Source: Fibrobacterota bacterium | Lineage (GTDB): Bacteria; Fibrobacterota; Fibrobacteria; UBA11236 | Direction: 5' to 3' | NCBI GenBank assembly: GCA_043753995.1 | Contig: JAYUVP010000323.1 | Location: 1-24,583, forward strand | Length of the DNA stretch: 24,583 bases | In this document: positions 24,520 through 24,583 of the stretch, piece by piece | How positions within the stretch are numbered: the first letter of the stretch is position 1 | Layout: the number at the start of each line of letters is the position of its first letter | The notes under the pieces: generated by a model | The model's input: the letters and a program-made list of their open reading frames with translations, nothing else | Told to the model about the DNA's origin: nothing | Databases searched by the model: none | Position numbers and translations under genes: made by a program

Positions 24520-24583
24520 CTTGGCTTTTCAATCAAATGCGGTCGGACTTGTCCCACCTTAGTTTCGCGAAGCCTTTCATAAA

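Overview
Bacterial chromosomal window, roughly 55-60% GC by eye. It is possibly Fibrobacterota/FCB group, inferred from the short RpoD-like sigma factor and the C-terminal tails of the secreted proteins. Genes in order: partial lhgO, lipoprotein, triple-VanZ membrane protein, decayed DprE1-like oxidoreductase, Mn-type SOD, UDP-glucuronate epimerase, ppnP, UDP-HexNAc dehydrogenase, Mrp/ApbC plus DUF971, sigma-70 factor, FG-GAP-like secreted protein, gluconolactonase, orphan transposase-like HTH, exbB-exbD-tonB-TBDR-PepSY iron-uptake operon with a Fur-like box, GH5_10-like mannanase, Crp/Fnr regulator with MBL-fold and SnoaL genes, AhpD-like gene with an RsrR-like Rrf2 regulator, and an amidase. 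The most striking unexplained signal is a ~360-bp non-coding element present twice (about 4086-4446 and 9838-10210, the second extended to about 10390). Both copies lie between convergent genes. They share collinear near-identical blocks separated by diverged segments that retain the same long hairpin, plus TTTCCCTGG motifs exactly 100 bp apart. Three unrelated secreted proteins also share a short C-terminal T-[AS]-[IV]...[YFW]xx[DNS]G[RK] tail.
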